A DNA stretch of 64,000 bases, taken from NCBI GenBank assembly GCA_963777605.1, contig CAVZRV010000028.1, positions 96,001-160,000 on the forward strand, in the 5' to 3' direction. The notes under the pieces are model-generated. The model saw only the letters and a list, made by a program, of their open reading frames with translations. It did no database searches and was not told the origin of the DNA. Source of the DNA: an uncultured Acidobacteriota bacterium. GTDB lineage: Bacteria; Acidobacteriota; UBA6911; RPQK01; JAPXNP01. This document shows, piece by piece, positions 19,732-30,435 of this stretch; within the stretch, counting starts at the first letter, position 1, and each line of letters starts with the position of its first letter. Position numbers and translations under genes: made by a program.

Positions 19732-20631
19732 ATGGGCGGTTTCCATCGGTACCACGTTTTTGGTCTGAATATCGAATCGGCGATCCCGTTTCTGGACATC
19801 CCGGAGACGGAAGGCGCTGCCGACGTGACCATCGACTACGGCACGGTACCTGATGACCTCCCCGGCGCCACGATCAAAGGAGTCCGTTATCAGGCGGGCG
19901 GGGGGGAATTTCTTCTTCGGGTGGACAACGTGGCCCGATACTACGTGGCAAACGGCGCCACGATCATCGTTGAACCGCATCCAGGAGGAGCGGACCACGA
20001 GATTCTTCTCTTCTTGATGGGCTCGGCCATGGGGGCCCTCCTGCACCAGCGCAAGGTCCTGCCTCTGCACGGCAGTGCCGTCAGTCAAGACGGCAGCGGC
20101 ATTATCTTCCTCGGCCCGTCGGCCATCGGCAAGTCGACCCTGGCGGCGGGATTTCAGAAACAAGGTTACGCGCTGCTGGCAGATGACGTCTGCGCCGTAA
20201 CCGCCCAAAACGGGGACACTCCACGCATCATTCCGGGTTTTCCTCGCCTCAAACTGTGGAGGGATGCCCTGGAAAAGCTTGAAGAGAACAAGAGGGGATT
20301 GAATCGGGTTCGCCTCGACGAGACCTTCGAGAAGTACTTCCTGCCTTTTCAGCAACCTCAAAGCGATCCGGTTCCGGTCGGTGCCGTATTTTTACTCAAG
20401 ACGACCAACACCGATACGCTCGCACTTTCCGAACTGAAAGGGAATGAGAAGATCGATCCCCTGATTACCAACACCTACCGGGCCCGGTTCCTCAAGGGTA
20501 TGGGCGACAAGAGGGAACACTTCAGACTCTGTGCGGCCGTTGCCGGAAAAGCTTCGGTCTTCCAGGTCACCAGACCCCTCAAAGGGTTTCGGCTGGAAGA
20601 ATTGATGGCTCTCGTGGAGGAGCATTTTTGA
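19732..20631 (+). CDS. HPr kinase-like lasso peptide tailoring kinase
   Basis: PLHGSAV, Walker A GPSAIGKST, LADDV and PGFPRLKLW; paeninodin-type cluster context. Confidence 0.85.
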   Translation: MGGFHRYHVFGLNIESAIPFLDIPETEGAADVTIDYGTVPDDLPGATIKGVRYQAGGGEFLLRVDNVARYYVANGATIIVEPHPGGADHEILLFLMGSAMGALLHQRKVLPLHGSAVSQDGSGIIFLGPSAIGKSTLAAGFQKQGYALLADDVCAVTAQNGDTPRIIPGFPRLKLWRDALEKLEENKRGLNRVRLDETFEKYFLPFQQPQSDPVPVGAVFLLKTTNTDTLALSELKGNEKIDPLITNTYRARFLKGMGDKREHFRLCAAVAGKASVFQVTRPLKGFRLEELMALVEEHF

Positions 20632-21494
20632 CCGTGGGCGGCATTGTCTGGCTGGCATCCTACCCCAAATCCGGAAACACCTGGTTCCGTGTCTTCCTGT
20701 CCAATCTGATGGGTGAACTCGAGGAAGCCGCCAACATCAACGACTTGAAAAGCACCCCCATCGCCAGCGCAGGGGCATTTTCGACGAAGCGGTCGGCTTC
20801 GAATCCTCGGACCTGACCGCGGACGAAATCGACCGGCTCCGGCCTGAAATCTACAATCATATTGCTGCCGAGGCGGACGAGACTCGGTTCATGAAGGTGC
20901 ATGATGCGTACACCGAGATAGCGGCAGGCAGCCCCTGTTTCCGGCCGAGGCCACCCGGGGCGCTATCTATTTCTTGCGCAATCCCCTGGATGTGGCGGTC
21001 TCCTTTGCCCACCATTCAGGACACGATTACGACAAGGCGATCGCCCAGATGGCGGATCAAGAGAACTGCTTTTGCGGCAAAGTCTCGATCGACTGCACAA
21101 CCAGCTCCGGCAGAAGCTCCTCTCCTGGAGTTCCCACGTGATCAGCTGGATGGAAGCTCCCGGCATCGAAGTGTGCCTGGTGAGGTACGAAGACATGAAA
21201 CAGAAACCTCTCGAGACCTTTGAACGAGCGGCGCGTTTTGCCGGGCTTGTCTACGAACAGGCCCAGATTCAAAGAGCCATCGAGCTGAGTGCTTTCGACG
21301 CATTGAAGCGCCAGGAGGAGAAGAACGGTTTCGATGAAAAGAGTCCAAATTCAAAATTCTTTTTCCGAAGAGGGGAAGTCGGCTCCTGGCGGGAGGAGCT
21401 GAATAGCCGGCAGATTGAGAGGATCATCAGCGATCATGGCGAAGCGATGCGCAGATTCGGTTATCTGGATGAGAACGGCAAGGTGCGCCTTTGA
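20628..21494 (+). CDS. PAPS-dependent sulfotransferase, about 3 frameshifts (near 20775, 20935 and 21085)
   Basis: WLASYPKSGNTW (5'-PSB), KVHDAY, RNPLDVAVS (3'-PB), VRYEDM and FFRRGEVGSW are spread over several frames. Confidence 0.8.
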
Positions 21495-21937
21495 CTCGAT
21501 ATCCATCCCTGATCATCCGGTTCTTCAGGAAGCCCCTCGCCGAGCAACTGATCTTCAGTGAAGCGGTTTTCTGGCTTGCCCTCACCCGGATGGCAACGCT
21601 GATCCTACCGTTCAAATGGGTTGCCCGCTTTCTGGGAACCCACATGGCGGAATCGGATCGACTTCATCCCGCCGACCGGACGAGAAAAGCCCGGCGCGTT
21701 GCGTCGTGCATCCGCGCTATGAGCCGCCACCTGCCATGGGACTGTAAATGCCTGGTCCAAGCTATTTCCGGGAAGATGATGCTGGACCGCAGAAACATCT
21801 CCAATACCCTTTACCTCGGGGTCTCCAAAGGCCAGGAGGACGGGCTGATCGCCCATGCCTGGCTGCGTTCCGGTGAAACGATCATCCTCGGAGGTGGCGG
21901 ACTGGACCGGTTCACTGTGGTGGCAACCTTTACCTGA
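21491..21937 (+). CDS. Lasso peptide leader peptidase B2 (transglutaminase-like)
   Basis: KCLVQA, LYLGV and AHAWL catalytic motifs. Confidence 0.92.
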   Translation: MTRYPSLIIRFFRKPLAEQLIFSEAVFWLALTRMATLILPFKWVARFLGTHMAESDRLHPADRTRKARRVASCIRAMSRHLPWDCKCLVQAISGKMMLDRRNISNTLYLGVSKGQEDGLIAHAWLRSGETIILGGGGLDRFTVVATFT

Positions 21938-21968
21938 GGAAACCTGAAGAGGCCGCTCATCGGGGTCG

Positions 21969-22706
21969 ATGAAAACAACCGGGATAAGTGATCGAAAGGC
22001 AAGGATGAATAAGAACAACTTGAGGCACACCTGCATAATCTGCGGAAAGATCTTCCCGGACCGACAACTGGTCTCCGGTTCGGCCGTTCGAGATGTTCTC
22101 TCCACTGAGATTGCCCGCGATCATCCTTCCTGGTCGTCCGAAAGCCACATTTGCCGGCCGGATCTGGCGGAATACCGAACGCAGTATGTCCGTCACCTGC
22201 TCGAGTCCGAAAAAGGTGACATTACGGCGCTGGAGCAGGAGGTCCTCAACAGCATGCAGGCCCATGAACTGCTCGCCCGGAACGTCGATGCCGAGTTCGA
22301 GCAGGTGTGGACCTTCGGCGAGCGACTGGCCGACCGGATCGCGTCATTTGGCGGAAGCTGGGCTTTCATGATCTGTTTTGCCGCCTTCCTGGGATTGTGG
22401 ATCGGAATGAATTCCCTGGTGCTTCTGTGGCGTCCCCTGGATCCCTATCCGTTCATCTTCCTCAATCTGATTCTATCCTGCCTGGCCGCCGTCCAGGCAC
22501 CGATCATCATGATGAGCCAGAACCGCCAGGAGGCAAAGGATCGCGTTCGTTCTCAGCACGATTACCAGGTGAACCTCAAGGCGGAACTTGAGATCCGCCA
22601 ACTCCATGAAAAGATCGACCACCTGCTCTCCCACCAGTGGGACCGTCTGGCTCAGATCCAGGAGATCCAGCTCGACCTCCTTAACGAACTGGGCAAGAAA
22701 CGATAA
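21969..22706 (+). CDS. DUF1003 domain membrane protein
   Basis: GERLADRIASFGGSW, DPYPFIFLNLILS and APIIMMSQNRQ. Confidence 0.9.
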   Translation: MKTTGISDRKARMNKNNLRHTCIICGKIFPDRQLVSGSAVRDVLSTEIARDHPSWSSESHICRPDLAEYRTQYVRHLLESEKGDITALEQEVLNSMQAHELLARNVDAEFEQVWTFGERLADRIASFGGSWAFMICFAAFLGLWIGMNSLVLLWRPLDPYPFIFLNLILSCLAAVQAPIIMMSQNRQEAKDRVRSQHDYQVNLKAELEIRQLHEKIDHLLSHQWDRLAQIQEIQLDLLNELGKKR

Positions 22707-23274
22707 CCGGCGACCAGGAGATTCGCGGTGCCAGGATCGAAGGCCAGCGCAGTCGGCGCCGAGGAGAGGGGCCCGGGTCGGGACCGGGCGGCTAGTTCAT
22801 GGAAGCCCGCTCCCTCCGCGCGCGGAGACCATTCAGAGCGTGAAACTGGGGCGGGCGCACCGGACCTGGCACGCGGCCGGTGTTCAGAACGAGAGTAAAG
22901 CGAGCGCTACGCCTGACTCCCATCCATTACCAGTCCTGGATCTTGACTCCATCCCACGGTTGCGGCCTCCGGCAGCACTTCCGCTGACTCACCATCGTCC
23001 GGAGCCGCGGTCGCTCACACTCGCGTTCTGAAATCGGGGCATCCAGGATCCAGCCGAGAGCCAGGCTTCTAAGTTCCACCGATCGCCCGAATCTCCGTCC
23101 AGACGCATCCAACGGGACGAAACATGGCCGCTGCAGAAGAAACTGACCCGCATTTACTGGTGGGGCCCGGATCCGGCGAATCTCAAAGCCGGCATTCGAT
23201 AACGGTCACACCGTTTCATCCACGTTCTCACTGCGGGAGGCTCGCAAGAAGCCTCCCGCAGTCGGGGAACCCGG

Positions 23275-26200
23275 TTACGGTTTCTGGTAGTTCGGATACG
23301 GTGGACGGGTGAACGTCGGCGGATTGTAGTCCTTGAGCAATTTCAGGACTTCCTCCACGGCTCTTTCCAGCTGAGGGTCGTGCCCTTCCCGCACCAACTT
23401 CGGATCCATTTCGACTTCGATGTCCGGTGGCACTCCGTGGTTTTCCACGTCCCATATCCCGTCCGGAGAGTAAAAGGCGAGGTTCGGAGTACCCACATGG
23501 CCGCCGTCCAGGAGGTCCCCAGGGTTTGTGTAGTGTCCCACCAGCCCACCCCAGGTCCGCTTTCCGACCAGAGGTCCGATACCGGCCCGACGAAACATCC
23601 AGGGCATTGCATCGCCACCCGATCCTGCCAGTTCATTGATGATCATGACTTTCGGTCCGAAGATCGCCTCGATCGGAGTGGTGATGTCCTTCCCTTCCCG
23701 CATCGTGAAGTAGTTCAGGAGCGGCCGGCGCAGGAGATCGATCACGTAATCCGCGATGTCACCACCTCCGTTGAAGCGCTCGTCGATGATCGCGGCATCC
23801 TTTCCAACCTGCGCGAAGTAGTACCGGTTGAAGTTGGCGTAGCCCCCCTCATAGGTGTCTGGGAGGTAAACATACGCCACTCGGCCACCCGTCAATTCGT
23901 CCACCTTGCGCCGGTTGCCTTCGATCCAGGCGAGATTGCGCAGCCCCGATTCGCTCGCCACCGGCACCACCGTAGCCGTCCGGGAGTCTTGATCGTTCGG
24001 GTTTGGCCCAACTTTCAGGACCACTTGGACACCGGCCGTCTCCTCGAAAAACCGGTACAGGTTGTCCCCCGCATTGAGTTCCCGTCCGTTGACGGCCAGA
24101 AGATACTCACCCTCCTGAACGTTGACACCAGGTTGAGTGAGTGGGGCAACCAGCTTCGGGTTCCAGTTCTCACCGTTGAAGATCCGAGAGAAACGGTATC
24201 GCCCGTTTTCGACATCGTAATCCGCTCCCAGAAGTCCGCCCTTTACCTTCTTGACCTCAGGGAAGTCTCCACCCCCCACGAACATGTGCCCGACAGTCAA
24301 CTCCCCGAGCATTTCCTCGAATAGGTAATTGAGGTCATCGCGGCTTGAGATGCCGTCAAGGAAGGGTTCGTACCGGGCCTTCATGACGTCAATGTCCAGA
24401 CCGTGCAGGCCGGGATCGTAGAAGAAGTCCCGTTCGTCCCGCCAAACCTGCTCGAACATGTGTTGCCATTCGGCCGTCGGGTCAACGTAGACCTGCATCG
24501 CGTCGAGCTGCAGAGTACCGCCTTCCCCAGGCTTCGGGGCTCCCCCCGACAGCTTGCCGGCCGGGGCGATCGTCCACTGTTCCTTCTTCCGGAAGAGCAT
24601 CTTCTCTCCGCCGTCGGCGAGTTCGAAACTCTGGACGTCATCCAGGATCTGCTCCACCTTGCGCGTCTTCAGGTCAAACTGCTGAACCTCCAGCGAAAGC
24701 GAGCCGGGGTCAACCTCAGGACCGATGACAAGGGGACCTGCGGCAAGAAACAACACGCCCGACCTGCCGGCCGCCAGCGAAAGGTAGTTGCGGGCCGGAA
24801 TCGGCAGAGTCAGGATGCGTTGGCTGAGCCCGTCGAAGTCGATGGTGACCGGCCCAGGCTTCTCCACCTTGTCCTTTTCCCCCGTTTCAGTCGAGTCATT
24901 GCTCTCGGTCTTCTCCTCGTCGCTTTCCGGAGCGAGGGGAGACGGGAGGTCCTTTCTCAATACGACGATATAAACGCTTCTGGTCACCGGGTGGTTGAGG
25001 CTGGACATGTCGAGCCAACCCGGAGTGAGGCCCATGTCGGTGCTGGCAGTAAAGAAGAGGTGCTTCCCGTCAAGGTCAAAGCGGGGGAACAGCGCATCAC
25101 TCATCCCATCCGTCACCTGCCGGCTCAACTTCTCCTCCAGGGAATAGACAAACACCGCATGGAGGTGACTGACCAGCTGACGCGTGTATGCGATCCACCG
25201 ACTGTCCGGAGCCCAGGAAATCACCAGAGTCGGGTTCGGATCGATGTAGGTATCCCGGTCGATCCGCACCGGTTCAGGGTTCTCCAGGTCGACGTACCAG
25301 ATGTCGAGCCGCTTGTCCGAGTAGGCAATTTTTCGGGAATCCGGAGACCAGACCGGGTGGTAGAAGAATGTCGGTGGTTCTCCCAGGGGGATCCGCGTGA
25401 CCGGCCCGAGGCCTCCCTGATCCCTGATGTTCAGCTCATACTCTCCGGATTCGTCCGAGAAGTAGGCGATCGACTTGCCGTCCGGAGACCAGGCAGGAAA
25501 GATCTCCGACACCGCCACGGTGTTGGTGAGATTCCGAATATCCCCCTTTTCAGCCGGAACGGTCAGTATCTCCCCCCGGACTCCGAAAAGAGCTCGGGCT
25601 CCATTCGGAGAGATACCCGCCGACTGGATCTGCGCAGGCTTGATCTTCTCGAAGTGGGGACGGACCTGCGGAAGATCGCCGGCGACCCGGACATCCAGGT
25701 CCCGACCCGCGCCCTCGGCAACGTTATACACGTGCAATGAGCCAAACTGTTCATAGATGATGCGGCTTCCGTCTGCCGAGGCCGCCTTCAGATCCAATCC
25801 GTTGTTCTCGACTACCTGGCGAACCGTTTTCGAACCAGTGTCGTAGGCGAACAGTGAGACGGGACCATTTCGGTCGGACAGGAAGTAGACCGTCCGACCG
25901 ATCCAGATCGGGTTGAAGTCGTTGGAATTCTCGCGTGGAATTTCCGCTTCGACTCGGGAATCTGTCAAGTCCACAATCCAGATCTTCTTCGTCTGACCGC
26001 CCCGGTACCGCTTCCAAGCCTTCTGCCACTGGATCGTGGGAACGTATGCCATGCGTTTGCCGTCCGGAGAGAAGCATCCGTCTTCTCCCATTGGCAGGGG
26101 CAGGACTTCGGCGTCGCCTCCATCCACCGGGATCGTGAAAAGGCGAGGAAAGTAGGAGTGACTCTGACGGGGAGAATTGAAAAGTACGCGACTCCCGTCC

Positions 26201-26544
26201 GGAGTCCAGCCAACGGTTTCGTCCGGCCCCGGGTGGTAGGTCAACCGTTTCGGAATCCCGCCCGACACCGCGATTACATAAACGTCCTGGTTGCCGTCGT
26301 ATTCCGCCGTGAACGCAACCCACTTTCCGTCGGGAGAAAAGAACGGCCTGCTCTCATTCCCGACACCGGTTGTCAATCGATGGGGCGTTCCTCCCGCCAG
26401 GGAGGCTACCCAAAGGTCTCCGCCGTAGGCAAACGCGACCTGATCTCCGTGTAACGCAGGGTTGCGGAGCAACTGGGGACCGTCAGTCCCCGCCAAAACC
26501 AAACTCAGACCGGCAAACCAAAACAACAATCCTCTGACGATCAC
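23275..26544 (-). CDS. Tricorn protease homolog (S41 family)
   Basis: PD40 propeller repeats (FSPDGK), PDZ domain, DERFNGGG, AGSGGD, GKRTWGG and ENHGVPPD. Confidence 0.92.
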   Translation of the reverse strand: MIVRGLLFWFAGLSLVLAGTDGPQLLRNPALHGDQVAFAYGGDLWVASLAGGTPHRLTTGVGNESRPFFSPDGKWVAFTAEYDGNQDVYVIAVSGGIPKRLTYHPGPDETVGWTPDGSRVLFNSPRQSHSYFPRLFTIPVDGGDAEVLPLPMGEDGCFSPDGKRMAYVPTIQWQKAWKRYRGGQTKKIWIVDLTDSRVEAEIPRENSNDFNPIWIGRTVYFLSDRNGPVSLFAYDTGSKTVRQVVENNGLDLKAASADGSRIIYEQFGSLHVYNVAEGAGRDLDVRVAGDLPQVRPHFEKIKPAQIQSAGISPNGARALFGVRGEILTVPAEKGDIRNLTNTVAVSEIFPAWSPDGKSIAYFSDESGEYELNIRDQGGLGPVTRIPLGEPPTFFYHPVWSPDSRKIAYSDKRLDIWYVDLENPEPVRIDRDTYIDPNPTLVISWAPDSRWIAYTRQLVSHLHAVFVYSLEEKLSRQVTDGMSDALFPRFDLDGKHLFFTASTDMGLTPGWLDMSSLNHPVTRSVYIVVLRKDLPSPLAPESDEEKTESNDSTETGEKDKVEKPGPVTIDFDGLSQRILTLPIPARNYLSLAAGRSGVLFLAAGPLVIGPEVDPGSLSLEVQQFDLKTRKVEQILDDVQSFELADGGEKMLFRKKEQWTIAPAGKLSGGAPKPGEGGTLQLDAMQVYVDPTAEWQHMFEQVWRDERDFFYDPGLHGLDIDVMKARYEPFLDGISSRDDLNYLFEEMLGELTVGHMFVGGGDFPEVKKVKGGLLGADYDVENGRYRFSRIFNGENWNPKLVAPLTQPGVNVQEGEYLLAVNGRELNAGDNLYRFFEETAGVQVVLKVGPNPNDQDSRTATVVPVASESGLRNLAWIEGNRRKVDELTGGRVAYVYLPDTYEGGYANFNRYYFAQVGKDAAIIDERFNGGGDIADYVIDLLRRPLLNYFTMREGKDITTPIEAIFGPKVMIINELAGSGGDAMPWMFRRAGIGPLVGKRTWGGLVGHYTNPGDLLDGGHVGTPNLAFYSPDGIWDVENHGVPPDIEVEMDPKLVREGHDPQLERAVEEVLKLLKDYNPPTFTRPPYPNYQKP

Positions 26545-27067
26545 TATCCACCCCGCTTTCAGGAAATCGAAGAGGTATCGCCCCCAGCGACCCGGCATTC
26601 TCCCTGGTTCGACCTGGGCTCGAGCACCTGCTCGCGGCTATTATGTCACCTGGCCGAAAAAACAGAATAGGCCGGCTTCCGGTCGCTCTGGCTTGCCAGA
26701 GTTTCAATCGAACAGCGTCTCAAAGGCCCGGGTTACGAGAGTCTGTTCCTGATTTCCAGACATTCTTTGCTCGTCAACCTGGCCAAGGCATATGGAAACA
26801 GTGACAGGAAACCGGACCGCTGGGTTACCGGGCGTCCCCGAGCTCTCCCTGATGGCCAGTTTCGCCTATTGGCAACTGGTCAAAGAAGCGGTTCTGGCGC
26901 TTCACGCACTGGAACCGATCCAAAATCGGCAATTTCCAGTAAACTTGGCCACGTCCGTTGAAGCGGGGATAAAGAGGCCCGTTGAACATTGGCCACAGCG
27001 GGACTGAGAGTCGGGGAGCAATGAGGGAATTTGATCGCACTTTCCGGCGTGACGATTCGGGGAGATC

Positions 27068-28810
27068 ATGAGTCTGTTCCGGCTTCCGGCCGCTCTTACA
27101 GCTCAGGTCAGGCGATTTCTGTCCGGCGCCGGTTACCGCGGAATCCTCCTCTTCTTTTTGACTCTCACTGCCGGACTCTTCCAGGGGGCAGGTCTGATGC
27201 TGCTGATTCCCCTCCTGCACATCATCGGCATCGGCGATAAGGAAGGGGCCGCCGACAGTATCACTCGTTGGATCAGTCGAGGCTTTGACCTCCTCGGCCT
27301 CCCCCTCAATCTGCCCATGGTCCTGGCAGCGTTCGTCGTGCTGGCGTCGATCCAGGCCCTTCTCCTGTTCGGGCAATCCGTGCTGGGAACGTCTCTGGTT
27401 CAGGACTACATTCGCTCGCTCCGCAACGATCTCTTTCGGGGGATGGCGATGGCTCCCCCATCCCACCTCTCGAAGCGGAGGGCTTCCGACCTCCTCCACC
27501 TGACGGCACATGACATCAATCAAGTCGGCGCCGGAACCCAGCAGGCTTTTAACCTGGTGCGTGACCTGCTCATTTCGCTGGTCTTCGTCGGGCTGAGTTT
27601 CACGATTTCGGTCCCGCTAAGCCTGCTGGCTCTGCTGAGTGGACTTATTCTTGTGGTCCTTCTGCGGCCGCTCAATCGAACCTCACAACAGACCGGGCAG
27701 AGATTGCGGAACAGAATGGAGGCACTCACGGCTGACGTCTCGGACCTGTTGTCGGGTTTGAAGCTCGTCAAAGCATTCGGACGGGAGTGCACGGCAATCG
27801 AGCGATTCAGAGAGAGAAACGACGAGACCTGGTCGGAGCAGATCGGTTTCGTCAAAGCCAGGTCGGGGACCCAGGTTTTTTCGCAGATCGGCAGCGCTAT
27901 CACGATGGCGCTCTTCGTGTTCGTCGCGTCTAAAGGGCTCATGATCCCGGCCTCGGAGTACCTGGTCATGATTCTGCTCTTCTCCCGCCTCCTCCCTCGG
28001 GTTTCCGCCCTGCAGCAGTCATGGCAGTTCATTTGCCACAGTCAATCTTCACTGGATGCGATCCAGAATGCTCTGACGGAACTATCGGCCCACCAGGAGG
28101 CACCGCTGAAGTTTTCCGAGCCACCCCTCCAACTGCGGAAGAAGATCACCTTTTCGGAGGTCACCTTTCGTTATGCTCCGGGCCTCGAACCCGCAGTCCG
28201 GAGCCTGAAGTTCGAAATCCCGGCCGGGCAGATCACCGCTGTTCTGGGTCCTTCCGGATCGGGGAAGACGACGATGGCGGACCTCATCGCCGGCCTGCTT
28301 TCCCCGGAAACAGGTTCGATTTCGGTGGACGGTAGGCCGCTCGACCGTTTCCTGGTTCCTCGATGGAGACGGTCCATCGGTTACGTCCCCCAGGAGAGCT
28401 ACCTCTTTCACGAGTCCATCCGGTCCAACCTCCTCTGGGCCCGTCCTGAAGCCTCGGAGGATGAACTCTGGGACGCGCTGCGCCTTGCGGGAGCCGAACG
28501 GTTCGTGTCCCGTCTCGATCGAGGGCTCGACACGGTCGTTCGGGACCGGGGGGGCCGACTCTCCGGCGGCGAACGACAGAGGGTCGCCCTGGCGCGTGCC
28601 CTCCTGATTCGGCCGACCCTGCTCTTGCTCGACGAGGCAACCAGCGAAGTGGACCGAAAGAGTCAAGAGCGAATCCTCGACTCGGTGGCCGGTCTCAAGG
28701 GAAAGATGACCGTCGTGATCATCGCCCACCATGCCCCGGTTGAAGGCATCGCCGACCAGGTGCTGGTGATGGAACAGGGGAGCGTCCGCGTTTCCAAGCT
28801 GGTTCACTGA
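27068..28810 (+). CDS. ABC exporter, fused permease/ATPase (candidate lasso exporter)
   Basis: Transmembrane domain followed by GPSGSGKT, LSGGERQR and LLLLDEATS. Confidence 0.88.
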   Translation: MSLFRLPAALTAQVRRFLSGAGYRGILLFFLTLTAGLFQGAGLMLLIPLLHIIGIGDKEGAADSITRWISRGFDLLGLPLNLPMVLAAFVVLASIQALLLFGQSVLGTSLVQDYIRSLRNDLFRGMAMAPPSHLSKRRASDLLHLTAHDINQVGAGTQQAFNLVRDLLISLVFVGLSFTISVPLSLLALLSGLILVVLLRPLNRTSQQTGQRLRNRMEALTADVSDLLSGLKLVKAFGRECTAIERFRERNDETWSEQIGFVKARSGTQVFSQIGSAITMALFVFVASKGLMIPASEYLVMILLFSRLLPRVSALQQSWQFICHSQSSLDAIQNALTELSAHQEAPLKFSEPPLQLRKKITFSEVTFRYAPGLEPAVRSLKFEIPAGQITAVLGPSGSGKTTMADLIAGLLSPETGSISVDGRPLDRFLVPRWRRSIGYVPQESYLFHESIRSNLLWARPEASEDELWDALRLAGAERFVSRLDRGLDTVVRDRGGRLSGGERQRVALARALLIRPTLLLLDEATSEVDRKSQERILDSVAGLKGKMTVVIIAHHAPVEGIADQVLVMEQGSVRVSKLVH

Positions 28811-28959
28811 GTTCTGGGCCGGATCAGTTTCGAAGGTTCAGGCGTCATGAGCCGCGTTCGAAAAGGCCTCTCTCTAAACAGGACTGCGGAACCCTGTCGG
28901 ACTTATCCATCAGTCCTCCGTGAGCAAGGACAGAACCGGAAGCTAAACTTTCTGGGAGT

Positions 28960-30435
28960 TTGACGAGTCCAATCACTTCAGAGGTTGAAGCCACCTCGTA
29001 CGAACAACATTGCAACGATCTTCCCGGTTCGACTCGGCGCCTGACGCGTTGCGGACTCGATTTCCTGGAGATCACAGCCCCAATGAACAAGGCGCTTATG
29101 ACTTTGCTGAGGCTACTCAAATGGAATCAGAAACTCCGGAAAAGAAAGGGCCTATTCGGCGTTCGGACCCCTGAAACTGATGCTTCACGGCGGAGAATTC
29201 CCGTCCGATCAGCGATTCGGCTATTGACTTGCCTGCTTCTGGTCTCTTTCTTCATGTCCCTCTCACTTTCTGCGAGCCAGGGAATGGCCGCGACCTCAGA
29301 GGATGCGGACCCGGCCCTTTCTTTCTCCGTTCCCGGGGCCGGCCCTGAAGGAGCCCGCCGCCTTCCCAACCCGACGGGACCATTTCAAATCTCGACAGCC
29401 ACACTCTTCTGGGTTGATGAGAAACGCCCGGATACATTGACGCCCAATCCGAACGATCTCCGCCAGATCCTGGTTCAACTCTGGTATCCCGCCCAACGCA
29501 CAAAGGACGACCGTCCTGTCGCTTACTTCCCGGAGGTGGACGCCCTCATGGATGGGCTGCGCGCCCGGGGAGAAAAGATTTTCCGCGCTATCGCCGACGA
29601 CTTGTCTGTCTACCGCTCGGTCCAAACGGACGTAGTCGCAAATGAGCCTCTCTTGCCGACCGACCAGCCATATCCTCTCGTCATCTTCTCTCCGGGTGGC
29701 AACATGTCACGGCACTGGCATTCTGCGCTGGCGCGTGAACTTGCGAGCCGGGGGTACGTGGTGGCCGTACTCAGCCACGAGCACAGCGGACTTGATTTCT
29801 TCCCTCTGGGCGGCGCCATACCCGATGCCGTTTTCTGGCATCCCGACGATTCCGTGTCCGCTGAAGAGAAAGCGAGCAGGGATGCCCAACTGACCGACCT
29901 CCTCGCCGGTGACGCAGAATTCGTGTTGGACCGGCTCTCCGCGCCGGGGGGGCCGGGAGGAATTCAGGGTTACCAGGGCAACGTAGCCCAGGATAAGATC
30001 GCGATCGTGGGGCACTCGCGCGGCGGCAGCACGGTGGGACGGGTATGTTCAGAGGACGCTCGGATCAAAGCCTGTGTAGTCCTCGACAACATCGGACCCG
30101 AACCCGAAATCAGCGAGGGCCTGCCAATTCCTCAAATGACCATCCGGTCGGGATGGCCCGAAGCCCGGGTAAGAAAGCTTCACGACTTCCTCCGACTCAA
30201 TCAGACTGCGGCCTGGGACATTTCCATCGACGGCGCGTCCCATTTCAGCTTTAGCGACCTTCCCCTCGTCAACGCGGAACGTTACCCCTCCCCAATTGAC
30301 CCGGAGCTGGCCCACGAGATCCTGATGACCTACCTTTTGTCTTTCCTGGATCACTGGCTGAAAGGACGTCCAGACCGTCTGCTGGACCTCAAGGAGAGTC
30401 CGTTTCCCGGTGTTCATCTGGAGCGGCTCCGATGA
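28960..30435 (+). CDS. Alpha/beta hydrolase (PAF-acetylhydrolase-like); true start probably further downstream
   Basis: VQLWYPA, PLVIFSPG, ELASRGYVV, GHSRGG and HFSFSD. Confidence 0.8.
   Translation: MTSPITSEVEATSYEQHCNDLPGSTRRLTRCGLDFLEITAPMNKALMTLLRLLKWNQKLRKRKGLFGVRTPETDASRRRIPVRSAIRLLTCLLLVSFFMSLSLSASQGMAATSEDADPALSFSVPGAGPEGARRLPNPTGPFQISTATLFWVDEKRPDTLTPNPNDLRQILVQLWYPAQRTKDDRPVAYFPEVDALMDGLRARGEKIFRAIADDLSVYRSVQTDVVANEPLLPTDQPYPLVIFSPGGNMSRHWHSALARELASRGYVVAVLSHEHSGLDFFPLGGAIPDAVFWHPDDSVSAEEKASRDAQLTDLLAGDAEFVLDRLSAPGGPGGIQGYQGNVAQDKIAIVGHSRGGSTVGRVCSEDARIKACVVLDNIGPEPEISEGLPIPQMTIRSGWPEARVRKLHDFLRLNQTAAWDISIDGASHFSFSDLPLVNAERYPSPIDPELAHEILMTYLLSFLDHWLKGRPDRLLDLKESPFPGVHLERLR

Noticed and set aside
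26792-27007. 71-aa ORF before the ABC exporter as a third precursor
   Set aside because: No WxxP/YxxP leader motif and no Thr-x-Gly site with an acidic residue at core position 7-9.
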